Of a DNA stretch of 64,000 bases, positions 46,537-55,198 are shown one piece after another. The DNA comes from Candidatus Norongarragalinales archaeon (GTDB lineage Archaea > Micrarchaeota > Micrarchaeia > Norongarragalinales > Norongarragalinaceae). The notes beneath the pieces were generated by a model. The model did not search any database. It had not been told where the DNA came from and saw only the letters and a list, made by a program, of their open reading frames with translations. Both the position numbers and the translations under genes were made by a program. Every line of letters starts with the position of its first letter. Within the stretch, counting starts at the first letter, position 1. The stretch spans positions 96,001-160,000 of the forward strand of contig JAWABJ010000001.1 in the NCBI GenBank assembly GCA_038884755.1, given 5' to 3'.

Positions 46537-46721
46537 CCCGCTGTAGCTCAATCTGGCAGAGCACCTGACTGTAGCCTGCGATTTTTCTTTAAAAAAAGAA
46601 AAATCGAGTAAAGAAAAACGAAATTTCACGTGTGGAAATCAGGGTGTTGCCAGTTCAAACAACCTTTCTTTCGCGAAAGAAACGTTGACGAAAGAAAGGC
46701 CTGAAAGTCTGGCCAGCGGGA
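46537..46721 (+). tRNA. tRNA-Tyr(GTA) with two introns (37/38: 46575-46637; 59/60: 46660-46707)
   Basis: Acceptor CCCGCTG/CAGCGGG, D-arm GCTC/GAGC, anticodon stem CCTGA/TCAGG, T-stem GCCAG/CTGGC; BHB-like junctions. Confidence 0.92.
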
Positions 46722-46770
46722 CTTTCTAATTCACAAGAAATAAAAGCGTTAGAAAAAAAGTTTTTAAGCT

Positions 46771-46895
46771 GCCTTGGTAGTGTAGTGGTCTAGCATGCCA
46801 GCCTGTCACGCTGGCGACCCGGGTTCGAATTGAACAGCGCTGCGCGCTGTAACTCTTCGCTCGTCGAAGAACTCGCGAATATCCCGGCCAAGGCG
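46771..46895 (+). tRNA. tRNA-Asp(GTC) with T-loop intron (59/60: 46830-46881)
   Basis: Acceptor GCCTTGG/CCAAGGC, anticodon CCAGC-CTGTCAC-GCTGG, BHB helix TTCG/CGAA with bulges AAT and TAT. Confidence 0.93.
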
Positions 46896-46977
46896 CTTCT
46901 TTTTTTTCGTTACTTTCGCCTTAAACAAAAAATTTAAATGCCGTTTTTCGTTTTCTTCTTCAAAAGGTAGTGTTTGG

Positions 46978-47559
46978 ATGGAAGCAAAATTCAAGATTCT
47001 CGCGGTTTGGGTTGCAATCGCGCTTTTGGTTTACTTTATCGGCGTAAGCATGCCTGCGCAGCAGCAGACGGTTTTTTACGTGAGCAGCTTCGGTTTTCTC
47101 GCGCTGCTTACGCTTTGCTTGGTTTTGCTAATCCCCCCGATAGTGCGCTGGCAAAACAACTCGTTCACGCGCTTTCTTCTAGTGAATAGGCGTTGGGTTG
47201 GGCTTTCGGCGTTCTTGTTCGCTTTGACTCACATTGCGCTCGTATACCACTTTTTCTTCGCTTGGGACATTCTCAAGCCGTTGAGCCTTCCCAACAGCCT
47301 TTTCCTTAATCTCGGTGCAGTAGCATTCCTGATTCTAGCGCTAATGGCCGCGACATCCAACGACTTTTCGGTCAGCGCGCTGGGCAAGAATTGGAAGCGC
47401 TTGCACTTGTTCGTGTACTTGGCGTTCGCGCTGGTTTTGATTCACGGGTTCAACATAGGCCTGGTTTACTTTAAAGAGCAGGCAGTGCAAATCTCTATAG
47501 CCGTGCTGGTGGTTCTCATAGCGCTTTTCAAGACGGGCATCGTGAAAATCGGCAATTAA
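46978..47559 (+). CDS. Ferric reductase-like transmembrane protein (MsrQ/YedZ family)
   Basis: RRW.GL.AF..AL.H, MAATS, LG.NWKRLH..VY.....IH heme-His motifs. Confidence 0.88.
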   Translation: MEAKFKILAVWVAIALLVYFIGVSMPAQQQTVFYVSSFGFLALLTLCLVLLIPPIVRWQNNSFTRFLLVNRRWVGLSAFLFALTHIALVYHFFFAWDILKPLSLPNSLFLNLGAVAFLILALMAATSNDFSVSALGKNWKRLHLFVYLAFALVLIHGFNIGLVYFKEQAVQISIAVLVVLIALFKTGIVKIGN

Positions 47560-47608
47560 AGCGATATGCTATTAATCGCTTTTTGCTTTACGACTTTAGA
47601 GGGATGTC

Positions 47609-50137
47609 TTGAGGTTTCGCGCGCAAGCTGCTTTCGAGTACATGATTCTCCTTGCGGGAGTGCTTTTGATTGCGGTTATTGGTCTTGTCGTCTTCCGCAG
47701 TTTTATCTTTGCCCCCGCTTCTCAAAGTGTTGAAGCTACTAACTGCTGGGCTCGGCTTGCTAAAGATTCCAATTGTTATATCGGCGCGCAGTGGAATGCT
47801 TGCGGTCAAGTAGACCGCTTTAAATACGTTTTGCCCGACGGTAGTTTTTGCGCTTCTTTGCAAACGCCGCAAGGCTGTGTAGGCAATCTTCCTGCAAACA
47901 AGTTGTGGTGTGGGGAGGTTGGAATTCAAATTCAAGTTCAAGGCTCTCCTTCGCCGTCTGTTTTACCTTCAGCTTCGCCTAGCGTTTCTCCAAGCGCGTC
48001 TGCTTCGCCCAGCGCTTCTCCTTCGCCAAGCTCGTCTCCCTCGCCTAGCCCCTCCCCTTCTCCTGGAGGAACTTACTACGCTTCAATAACAGTCCAGCCT
48101 TCTGTCGAGCAAGGCGATTTTCCGAAAGCTGTTTTCGGCCACCAAAACAATTTCATTACGACAAAAAGTTTTAATGACAATTACGACAAGAGCAATTCTT
48201 CAAGCACGGTTTTCAAGCAATCGGTAATCAACGCCTTGCAGCCTTTGAAAATCCCGAGTTTTCGCTTTTCAAGCGGCTTGTTTTCCGACTTGTACAAGTG
48301 GGACGAGGCGATAGGCCCGTTGAGCACGAGGAGTTCTTGGAATTACTTCTGGCCTAACGGAATGAAGTTCGGGACGGACGAGATTTTGAAAGGCTATTCT
48401 GAAATCAACCCGCAAGCCCAGGTTATAGTTACCCTCAACGCCAGGCTGCAACCGACTGATTATGCAGTGAGAATGGCTGGAGACTGGATTGAGTACTTGA
48501 ACGGAATCGTTCCCGGGAAAACAACCGGATGGACGGTGAACGATTGGCTGACCATTGCCGGAAACTCGTCTTGCTATCCTTTGAACCAAACTCCTTCGGC
48601 CAAAGTATGCTATCGTCCTGGCGTAATGCCTCAAGGGTATTACGCTTGGCTTCGCTCGCAACCGGAGTACGGCAATCGCTTTGCCCCTTACGGTATAACT
48701 TACTTTGAAGTGGGCAATGAAGTGAACGACGCGTACGGCGGGTATCCCGCTTACAGCCCTGCGCAGTACGCTAGCGTTTTGAATTCTTTCGGAGCTTTGA
48801 AGCAAAATTATTCCAACATCAAGCTGGGCGGGGTTTTGGCTTTAGGCTACTCTCAATGGAACGACGCTGTAGTGCAGCAAGCCAAAGCTTGCGTTCAAAG
48901 CGGAACGCCTTGCGTTGATTTCTTGATTCCGCATTATTACGGGGGCGGGGGTAATCTCGATTACGTGAACATGGGGTGGAACATGAACGTTTCCTCTCCC
49001 GTTTTCCCTGTCTCTCAAGCCCAGCAGTTGAGGATAAGAGCGCACGGAAGCGATTGCGGCAACCCTTCCCAACAGCAAGACTGGCCTCACATGGTAGTGA
49101 AAATGGACGGCCAGCAGGTTTACGAAACATACGTCCAAACGCCAAACTACGACTTTTGGAATTCAAGCTCGTGGTATTACTACCCCCGGCAAGGAGAGCA
49201 GCCTATCAGCGTCCCTCAAGGCAATCATTCGGTTGAATTGATTTTCGACAACGACTGTTACATGCCGCAAACGGGCGCAAACCGCAATTTGTACGTAGAG
49301 CGAGTGCAGTTAATGCCTTCGGGCAGCGTCGTTGAATTGATTTCGCCTCAGGATTTTGCGAAGGAAGCGAGCGCGCAAGCGAAAGCATTCGGAGATGATT
49401 TGATTGCAATCGATGCTGTAGAGCAACAGCCTCCTTCGATAAACCTTCCTTATTTCCTGACTGAATTCAACACTGCTTTCGTTTTGCAAGACCCGTTCAG
49501 GGGGCAGAGGGTTTTGCCTTACGACGAATTGGACAAGACGATGCTCTCTTCGTTTTTTGTTGTGCCGGCATTGTCTTACTTGCTCGACCACAACGCCGGC
49601 GGGGCTTACTACTACTTGATGCAAGAACTGGTTTTCACTCTGCGGCTTAGCTTGCTTGCCTTTACAGGAGACGTTCCTGGCAGCGACCAGAATGCCGTCG
49701 GAAATGCGTATGGCAACGCGAATTACATGTTTTACAGCACGATGGCTGACGACGAGAGCTGGAAGAAAATTTCGTACAGCGTGGACACACCGAAATACGC
49801 CAGCATTTTCTACCTAACCCCGACGGAAACGGACGTTCCTCTAGTCAGGGCTTGGGCAGTCAAAACCCAGTCGGGAAAAATCAGGATAACGGTTTCCTAC
49901 GTTGGCGAAAAGCCGTTGGATTTGAATTTGAATATAGCGAATTACGCTATTTCCGGAACGGTGGATATAACGCAATTGCACAACGATGCGCTAACAGCGT
50001 TCAACAGCCACGATGGAAGCGGGAACATAGACTGGAAGATCGTCCCCCAGATTTCGCAACAGCCGGGCATAACGAACAACCACACTTTTTCCGTGCCGCC
50101 GTTTTCCATAGTGACGTTCACTTACTACCCGCAGTGA
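47609..50137 (+). CDS. Class III signal peptide protein with clan-A (GH51-like) glycoside hydrolase and inserted CBM-like module
   Basis: RAQAAFEYMILL; Ser/Pro linker; RF..G..SD.Y.W..AIGP, FGTDE, YFEVGNE, LTEFN; NRNLYVE module; VPPFSIV C-terminus. Confidence 0.82.
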   Translation: MRFRAQAAFEYMILLAGVLLIAVIGLVVFRSFIFAPASQSVEATNCWARLAKDSNCYIGAQWNACGQVDRFKYVLPDGSFCASLQTPQGCVGNLPANKLWCGEVGIQIQVQGSPSPSVLPSASPSVSPSASASPSASPSPSSSPSPSPSPSPGGTYYASITVQPSVEQGDFPKAVFGHQNNFITTKSFNDNYDKSNSSSTVFKQSVINALQPLKIPSFRFSSGLFSDLYKWDEAIGPLSTRSSWNYFWPNGMKFGTDEILKGYSEINPQAQVIVTLNARLQPTDYAVRMAGDWIEYLNGIVPGKTTGWTVNDWLTIAGNSSCYPLNQTPSAKVCYRPGVMPQGYYAWLRSQPEYGNRFAPYGITYFEVGNEVNDAYGGYPAYSPAQYASVLNSFGALKQNYSNIKLGGVLALGYSQWNDAVVQQAKACVQSGTPCVDFLIPHYYGGGGNLDYVNMGWNMNVSSPVFPVSQAQQLRIRAHGSDCGNPSQQQDWPHMVVKMDGQQVYETYVQTPNYDFWNSSSWYYYPRQGEQPISVPQGNHSVELIFDNDCYMPQTGANRNLYVERVQLMPSGSVVELISPQDFAKEASAQAKAFGDDLIAIDAVEQQPPSINLPYFLTEFNTAFVLQDPFRGQRVLPYDELDKTMLSSFFVVPALSYLLDHNAGGAYYYLMQELVFTLRLSLLAFTGDVPGSDQNAVGNAYGNANYMFYSTMADDESWKKISYSVDTPKYASIFYLTPTETDVPLVRAWAVKTQSGKIRITVSYVGEKPLDLNLNIANYAISGTVDITQLHNDALTAFNSHDGSGNIDWKIVPQISQQPGITNNHTFSVPPFSIVTFTYYPQ
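47945..48064 (+). repeat. Ser/Pro low-complexity linker within CDS
   Basis: SPSPSVLPSASPSVSPSASASPSASPSPSSSPSPSPSPSP. Confidence 0.85.
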
Positions 50138-50138
50138 A

Positions 50139-51086
50139 TTACGCTTCGTTGCACGGGAAGATTTCGGTTTCGTTGATGTACTTGTAAGCGCTGTACACCG
50201 CTAAAACCCCCTCGCCCACGCCCGTGATGGCTTGCTTGAAGCGCGTGTCTCCCACGTCTCCCGCAGCGAACACGCCCGCAACGTTGGTTTCCGAATCGCG
50301 GTTTATCACTATCTCGCCGCGGTCGTTAGTCTTGACGCCTATTTCTTTTGCTAATGCGCTCAACGGAATGTGGCCTATTTCGAGGAAAAGAGCGTCGGTA
50401 GCGAATTCCTTTTTGCCTTCGAAAGGCTTGTCCAAAACCAATTTAGTGATTTTCTTGCCGTCGCCCTTGACTTCGACGATGCGCATTTTGGTTGCGACAG
50501 TGATTTTCTTGTTTTTCTTCACCCTCTCGCCGTTTATGGGCTCGGGCTTGAGTTCTTCGCCCCGTACGAAAATCACGACGCGCTTTGCGAATTGCGTGAG
50601 CAGCAACGCTTCCTTGGCGGCGCTGTCGCCCCCGCCAACGACCGCAACAGTCTTGTCTTGGTATATTGGCCCGTCGCATAACGCGCAAGAGTGCACTCCC
50701 CTGTTCCAATACTCTTTCTCTCCGGGTACGCCCAGCTTTCTTATTTCCGTTCCTGTTGCAAACAGCACGGTTTTGGAATTGTATTTTTTTCCATCCGCAT
50801 AGACGAGCCAGCTGTTTCCGCACGCTTCGACTTTCTCGGCTTTTTCGTCTATAATCTCCACGAATTTGGAGTAGTCGAGGGCGTGCTCTTCCATTTTCTG
50901 CGCCAGTTCCAAGCCCGTAAGCCTTTTGAAGCCGGGATAGTTTTCCACCACGTCCGTAAGCGCGATGGTGCCGTATCGCGTTCCGGCGATTACGAGCGTT
51001 TTGAGGTTCAATCGCCCTGCGTACATTGCGCTGGCCAACCCTACTATCCCGCCGCCTATGATTATCAAGTCGTAAAGCTTTGCCAT
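50139..51086 (-). CDS. trxB: Thioredoxin reductase
   Basis: IIGGG..G, VENYPGF, CALCDG, VGGGDSA, FAAGD. Confidence 0.95.
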   Translation of the reverse strand: MAKLYDLIIIGGGIVGLASAMYAGRLNLKTLVIAGTRYGTIALTDVVENYPGFKRLTGLELAQKMEEHALDYSKFVEIIDEKAEKVEACGNSWLVYADGKKYNSKTVLFATGTEIRKLGVPGEKEYWNRGVHSCALCDGPIYQDKTVAVVGGGDSAAKEALLLTQFAKRVVIFVRGEELKPEPINGERVKKNKKITVATKMRIVEVKGDGKKITKLVLDKPFEGKKEFATDALFLEIGHIPLSALAKEIGVKTNDRGEIVINRDSETNVAGVFAAGDVGDTRFKQAITGVGEGVLAVYSAYKYINETEIFPCNEA

Positions 51087-51139
51087 TGGAAATCCCAATT
51101 TGTTTTAAAAGACAAGCGTTTTTTACTTATCGTTTAACC

Positions 51140-51763
51140 TTGAAAAATTCTGGTTTACTGGCAAGGAGGATTTTCGAGCTGAAAAAATCGCCTTTAGGCG
51201 CTAGAGTGAAGGCGAGGCTTAAGGAGCTAGAGAATAATCCCGACTGGTTTTCGGAATTGTGCTTTTGCATTTCCACCGCCAACGCGTCTTCCGAAGCCGG
51301 GTTGCGGTTTCAGGAAAAGTCGAAAGGCAAATTGCATTCGGCAAGCTCGAGGCAAATAGAAAAGTGGCTGGGCGAAAGCGGCTGTCGTTTTTACAGGAAC
51401 AAGGCGAAGTTCATAGTCCTCGCGCGAGGCTGTTTCGACCACGCTTCGCTGAAGCAGCGCGTTTGCGCTTTCAAAAGCGAGCGCGAAGCCCGCGAGTGGA
51501 TCGTGAAAAACGTGAAGGGCTTGGGGTGGAAGGAAGCCAGCCATTTCTTGCGCAATGTCGGCTTTAACGGCGTAGCCATAATCGACAGGCACGTTTTGAA
51601 CACGCTCAAGGAATACGGCGTAATCAGCGATACGAAATTGACGCCGAAAAAATACTTGCTTATCGAAAGAAAGCTTGAAGCGTTGTGCAAAAAAACCGGA
51701 TTAACGCAGGGAGAGTTGGATTTCTACTTGTGGTTTTTGAAGACCGGGAAAGTGCACAAGTAA
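51140..51763 (+). CDS. ogg: 8-oxoguanine N-glycosylase/DNA lyase
   Basis: ELCFCI.TAN, RFY..KA, VKGLG.KEASHFLRNVG, IIDRH, LD.YLW. Confidence 0.93.
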   Translation: MKNSGLLARRIFELKKSPLGARVKARLKELENNPDWFSELCFCISTANASSEAGLRFQEKSKGKLHSASSRQIEKWLGESGCRFYRNKAKFIVLARGCFDHASLKQRVCAFKSEREAREWIVKNVKGLGWKEASHFLRNVGFNGVAIIDRHVLNTLKEYGVISDTKLTPKKYLLIERKLEALCKKTGLTQGELDFYLWFLKTGKVHK

Positions 51764-52390
51764 TCACTTGCTTGCAACGAACCCCAAGCAACCTTCAACC
51801 CAAACTATTTTTTGAAACCCCGCTTCGGCGAGCCTTTGCTTCACGCCTTTCGGAATGTTTTTCCCGCGCGCGGCTCCCGGCGTGCCCGTATAGTGAAAAA
51901 GCCTTCCGCAGTTTTTCAAAACCCTGTAAAGCTCCCTGTAAAAAGATAGCGAGTAAAGCTCGCCCGCGTGCGACAAGCGCGGAGGGTCGTGGAGGATGAA
52001 GTCGAAAAACTCGTTTGGAAACCCTGCAACCGCTTGAAGAGCGTCTTTGTTTACGATTTCGATTTTGGGGTTCGAGAAAAGCTCTTTCGAAAAACGGTTT
52101 TGCTTCGCTATTTCCAGAACGTTCGTGTCTTTTTCGATCGTGTAAACTTTCGCAGCCCCGGCTTTCGCGCACGCGATTGCGCTATACCCCAATCCCGTGC
52201 AAACGTCCATTACCACCGCGCCGTTTTTTACGCCCAGCGCGCGTGTTTTGTCGCGCGCGTCTTTCAACGGCGTTTTGTTTTTGGTCTGGTGCATGCGCAC
52301 GCCGTCTATTTCGAGCGTGGTTTCTCCGTTCGCCAGCCGCAGCAGCTTGTAAAAACGGTTTTTGAAAAAACCCTTGCCCACCATTTCCAC
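51764..52390 (-). CDS. SAM-dependent methyltransferase (archaeal MnmC-like family)
   Basis: IDGVRMH, D.CTGLGYSAI, HDPPR...AGELYS, LFHYTG.PG. Confidence 0.85.
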   Translation of the reverse strand: MEMVGKGFFKNRFYKLLRLANGETTLEIDGVRMHQTKNKTPLKDARDKTRALGVKNGAVVMDVCTGLGYSAIACAKAGAAKVYTIEKDTNVLEIAKQNRFSKELFSNPKIEIVNKDALQAVAGFPNEFFDFILHDPPRLSHAGELYSLSFYRELYRVLKNCGRLFHYTGTPGAARGKNIPKGVKQRLAEAGFQKIVWVEGCLGFVASK

Positions 52391-52494
52391 TTCGCTTTTC
52401 GCCGTAAGGGCGAATCGTTTAAAATACGCTAGTACAACCTATAATATTCCTTTTGCCTTTCATTTTGAGCTTTGCAGAAAAGGGAGTGTTTTCT

Positions 52495-52800
52495 TTGGAT
52501 GGCAAGTATTCGGCTTCGGAAAAAGTAGAGGGCGGGAAGCTCGTTTCGATAGAAGTTTCCGTGGAAAAAGGGTTGATAGCGAAAGCCAAAATTACCGGAG
52601 ACTTTTTTCTGCATCCAGAAGAGAGCATCACGGCTTTGGAGAACGCCCTCGTGGGTGTGAAAGTGCCTTTCGACTGGATTGACGCGGAGAAAAAGCTTTT
52701 GACCGTCATAACCGACAACCAGCTTAACCTCGTAGGAGTGAAATCCGGAAACGTCATTTCAGTCCTGCACAAGGCTGTTTCGCAAAAACAATCAACGTGA
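52495..52800 (+). CDS. Lipoate-protein ligase accessory (C-terminal domain) subunit
   Basis: K..GGKL, ITGDFFLHPEE.I..LE..L.G; directly upstream of catalytic subunit. Confidence 0.88.
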   Translation: MDGKYSASEKVEGGKLVSIEVSVEKGLIAKAKITGDFFLHPEESITALENALVGVKVPFDWIDAEKKLLTVITDNQLNLVGVKSGNVISVLHKAVSQKQST

Positions 52801-52807
52801 TTTTAGA

Positions 52808-53563
52808 ATGGATAGCGTCGAGTGGCGTGTTATTGCTTTAGAAGAGAATAGCGCTGCCAAAAACATGGCTTTGGACGAGGCGGTGAGCAACGCCGTAGCC
52901 GGGAAATTGAGCTTTCCAACCATGCGCTTTTACTCCTGGAAGCCTTCCGCGGTAAGCATAGGCTATTTCCAAAGCTTGGAAAAAGAAGTGCGTTTGCACG
53001 AGTGCGAAATGCTTGGCGTGGACATAGTGCGGAGGCGCACGGGCGGGGGTGCAGTTTACCACGACAACGCCGGGGAAATAACCTACAGCGTAATCGCTCC
53101 CGAGTCTTTCTTCCCGAGAGACATTATCGCTTCTTACAAAATGATTTGCGGGTGGATTGTAAGCGCTTTTGCCTTGCTTGGGTTGAAAGCGGAATTCAAG
53201 CCCATCAACGACATTATTCTCAACGGAAAGAAGGTTTCGGGCAACGCGCAAACCCGCCGCAACGGAATTCTCCTGCAGCACGGCACGATTTTGTACGATT
53301 TGGACGTCAAGAAAATGTTTACTGTCCTCAACGTGGGCCCGGAGAAAATCGCTGACAAGTTTATTGCAACCGTCGAAGAGCGGGTGACGAGCGTGACGAA
53401 AAACTCCGGCGTTTCGAAAGACGAGGTTTACCAAGCGCTCGTAAGCGCGTTCACTAAAGACAAAAAGTGGAGTTTCGGAAAATACTCGCCGATGGAAACC
53501 ATGGAAGCGGAAGAGCTTGCGCAAACGCGCTACTCTTCGAAAGAATGGAATTTCATGCGATAG
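52808..53563 (+). CDS. lplA: Lipoate-protein ligase catalytic subunit
   Basis: NMALDEA, VRRRTGGGAVYHD, ND....KKVSGNAQ, QHGT. Confidence 0.93.
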   Translation: MDSVEWRVIALEENSAAKNMALDEAVSNAVAGKLSFPTMRFYSWKPSAVSIGYFQSLEKEVRLHECEMLGVDIVRRRTGGGAVYHDNAGEITYSVIAPESFFPRDIIASYKMICGWIVSAFALLGLKAEFKPINDIILNGKKVSGNAQTRRNGILLQHGTILYDLDVKKMFTVLNVGPEKIADKFIATVEERVTSVTKNSGVSKDEVYQALVSAFTKDKKWSFGKYSPMETMEAEELAQTRYSSKEWNFMR

Positions 53564-53580
53564 TATAAAGCTTGTTAATA

Positions 53581-53775
53581 ATGGAGTTTATCCGATTAGC
53601 AATAAATTTTTCTGCTCTAGGCTTATCCGTATTTTCCTCGGCCTGGATTATTATTTCAAAATCTTTATTCGAAGGTTTAGTATTTTTCTTCGTAACAGCC
53701 TTTTGTTTAATCTTTTTGCTGACGGAAGCCGAAAAATCGATACTAAGCTTCAAAGATGAGCGTGGAATTTCTTAG
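53581..53775 (+). CDS. Small hydrophobic protein, AT-rich
   Basis: 64 aa, two TM segments, fills lplA-lpdA gap. Confidence 0.45.
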   Translation: MEFIRLAINFSALGLSVFSSAWIIISKSLFEGLVFFFVTAFCLIFLLTEAEKSILSFKDERGIS

Positions 53776-53777
53776 CT

Positions 53778-55187
53778 CTAAACATGAATCGCCTTGCCGA
53801 GGGCGTCTTCGGCAGCTTCGCTCAGCCCTTCGCAAAGCGTGGGGTGCGGGTGGATCGTGGCCGCAACGTCTTCAAGCATCGCTCCCAGCTCGATTGCAAG
53901 CCCCGCCTCTCCAATGAGGTCGCTCGCGCTCGGGCCCACGATTTCTATTCCCACCAATTCATGCGAATCTTTCTTCGCGATTACTTTCACGAAACCGTCT
54001 TGCGTCCCCAGCGTCAGCGCGCGGCCGCTTGCGCTCAACGGAAATTTTCCGACGAGAATGTTATCCTGCAATTCCGCTTTCGCTTCCCTTTCCGTTAAAC
54101 CTACAATAGCGATTTCGGGGTCGGAAAAAATCACGCTCGGCACAGTTCGGTTGTTGAACGAGGTTTCCTCGCCGCAAATTATTTCCGCGGCAAGCTTTCC
54201 CTGGCGGAACGCCTTGTGCGCGAGCATGGGGTTGCCCGTAACATCGCCGACCGCGTAAATGTTAGCGTCGGTAGTCTGCAGCTTGTCGTTTATTTTCACG
54301 AAGCCCTTTTCGTCCAATTGCACTTTGGTTTTTTCCAACGCAATGTTCTGTGTCACTGGCGTGTGCCCCACGCACACGAGCACGACGTCAGCCTCTTCAA
54401 GGATTTCCTTTCCCCCTTGCGAAAGCTTTACTTTGACGTTTTGCCCTTGCTTTTCGGCGTTCAAGGCGTTCGTGTTTTCGAGTATTTTCACGTTCAACGC
54501 AGCCAAGCGTTTTTTCACCGCGCCCACCATGTCGCTGCCCGCGAAAGCAAGTATGCTCGGCAGCCCTTCGACTATGGTCACGCTGCTTCCGAGTTTCGCG
54601 TACATGCCCCCGAGTTCTATTCCGATGTACCCCCCGCCTATCACGACCATTCTTTTCGGGATTTGCTTGAGCTCCAACGCTTCTTTGGAGCTGATGATGC
54701 GTTGCCCATCGAACTCGAAGCCTTTTACCGCGCGTGGTTTAGAGCCGGTTGCGATGATGGCTTTCTTGAAGTCCACGAGCTCGACGCCGTGTTCGGTGCG
54801 GATGCCCGCGCGCGAGGACGACTCGAAGAACGCTTCGCCTGTTTTCACTTCAACCCCGTTTTTCTTCATCAAAAACGCGATTCCGTCCCGCAGTTTTTTT
54901 ATAACGCTTTGCCTCCATTCCTGCATTTTTTCAGCAGTGAATTCGACTCCAGAAGCGCTTATTCCCATGTTTTGCGTGTGCTTCAAGTCTTCCAACACTT
55001 GCGAAGCGTGAATCAGCGCTTTGGATGGAATGCAGCCGTAGTTGAGGCAAAGCCCGCCGAGCTTGTCTTTCTCCACGAGCATCACGCTTTTTCCCAATTG
55101 CGCCGCCCGTATTGCCGCAACGTAACCGCCTGGCCCGGCGCCTATTACTACGACGTCGGCAGCGTCTGGAATATCCCCAACTACCAT
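53778..55187 (-). CDS. lpdA: Dihydrolipoamide dehydrogenase (E3)
   Basis: GAGPGGY, GGLCLNYGCIPSK, HPHPTLCE. Confidence 0.97.
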   Translation of the reverse strand: MVVGDIPDAADVVVIGAGPGGYVAAIRAAQLGKSVMLVEKDKLGGLCLNYGCIPSKALIHASQVLEDLKHTQNMGISASGVEFTAEKMQEWRQSVIKKLRDGIAFLMKKNGVEVKTGEAFFESSSRAGIRTEHGVELVDFKKAIIATGSKPRAVKGFEFDGQRIISSKEALELKQIPKRMVVIGGGYIGIELGGMYAKLGSSVTIVEGLPSILAFAGSDMVGAVKKRLAALNVKILENTNALNAEKQGQNVKVKLSQGGKEILEEADVVLVCVGHTPVTQNIALEKTKVQLDEKGFVKINDKLQTTDANIYAVGDVTGNPMLAHKAFRQGKLAAEIICGEETSFNNRTVPSVIFSDPEIAIVGLTEREAKAELQDNILVGKFPLSASGRALTLGTQDGFVKVIAKKDSHELVGIEIVGPSASDLIGEAGLAIELGAMLEDVAATIHPHPTLCEGLSEAAEDALGKAIHV

Positions 55188-55198
55188 TTTTGTGCACC

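Noticed and set aside
47945..48064. Tandem repeat or CRISPR-like array
   Set aside because: Degenerate codon-level Ser/Pro linker inside a CDS; no repeat-spacer structure and no cas genes
44979..50137. tRNA-anchored integrated element
   Set aside because: No integrase and no duplicated tRNA 3' end (att site) seen
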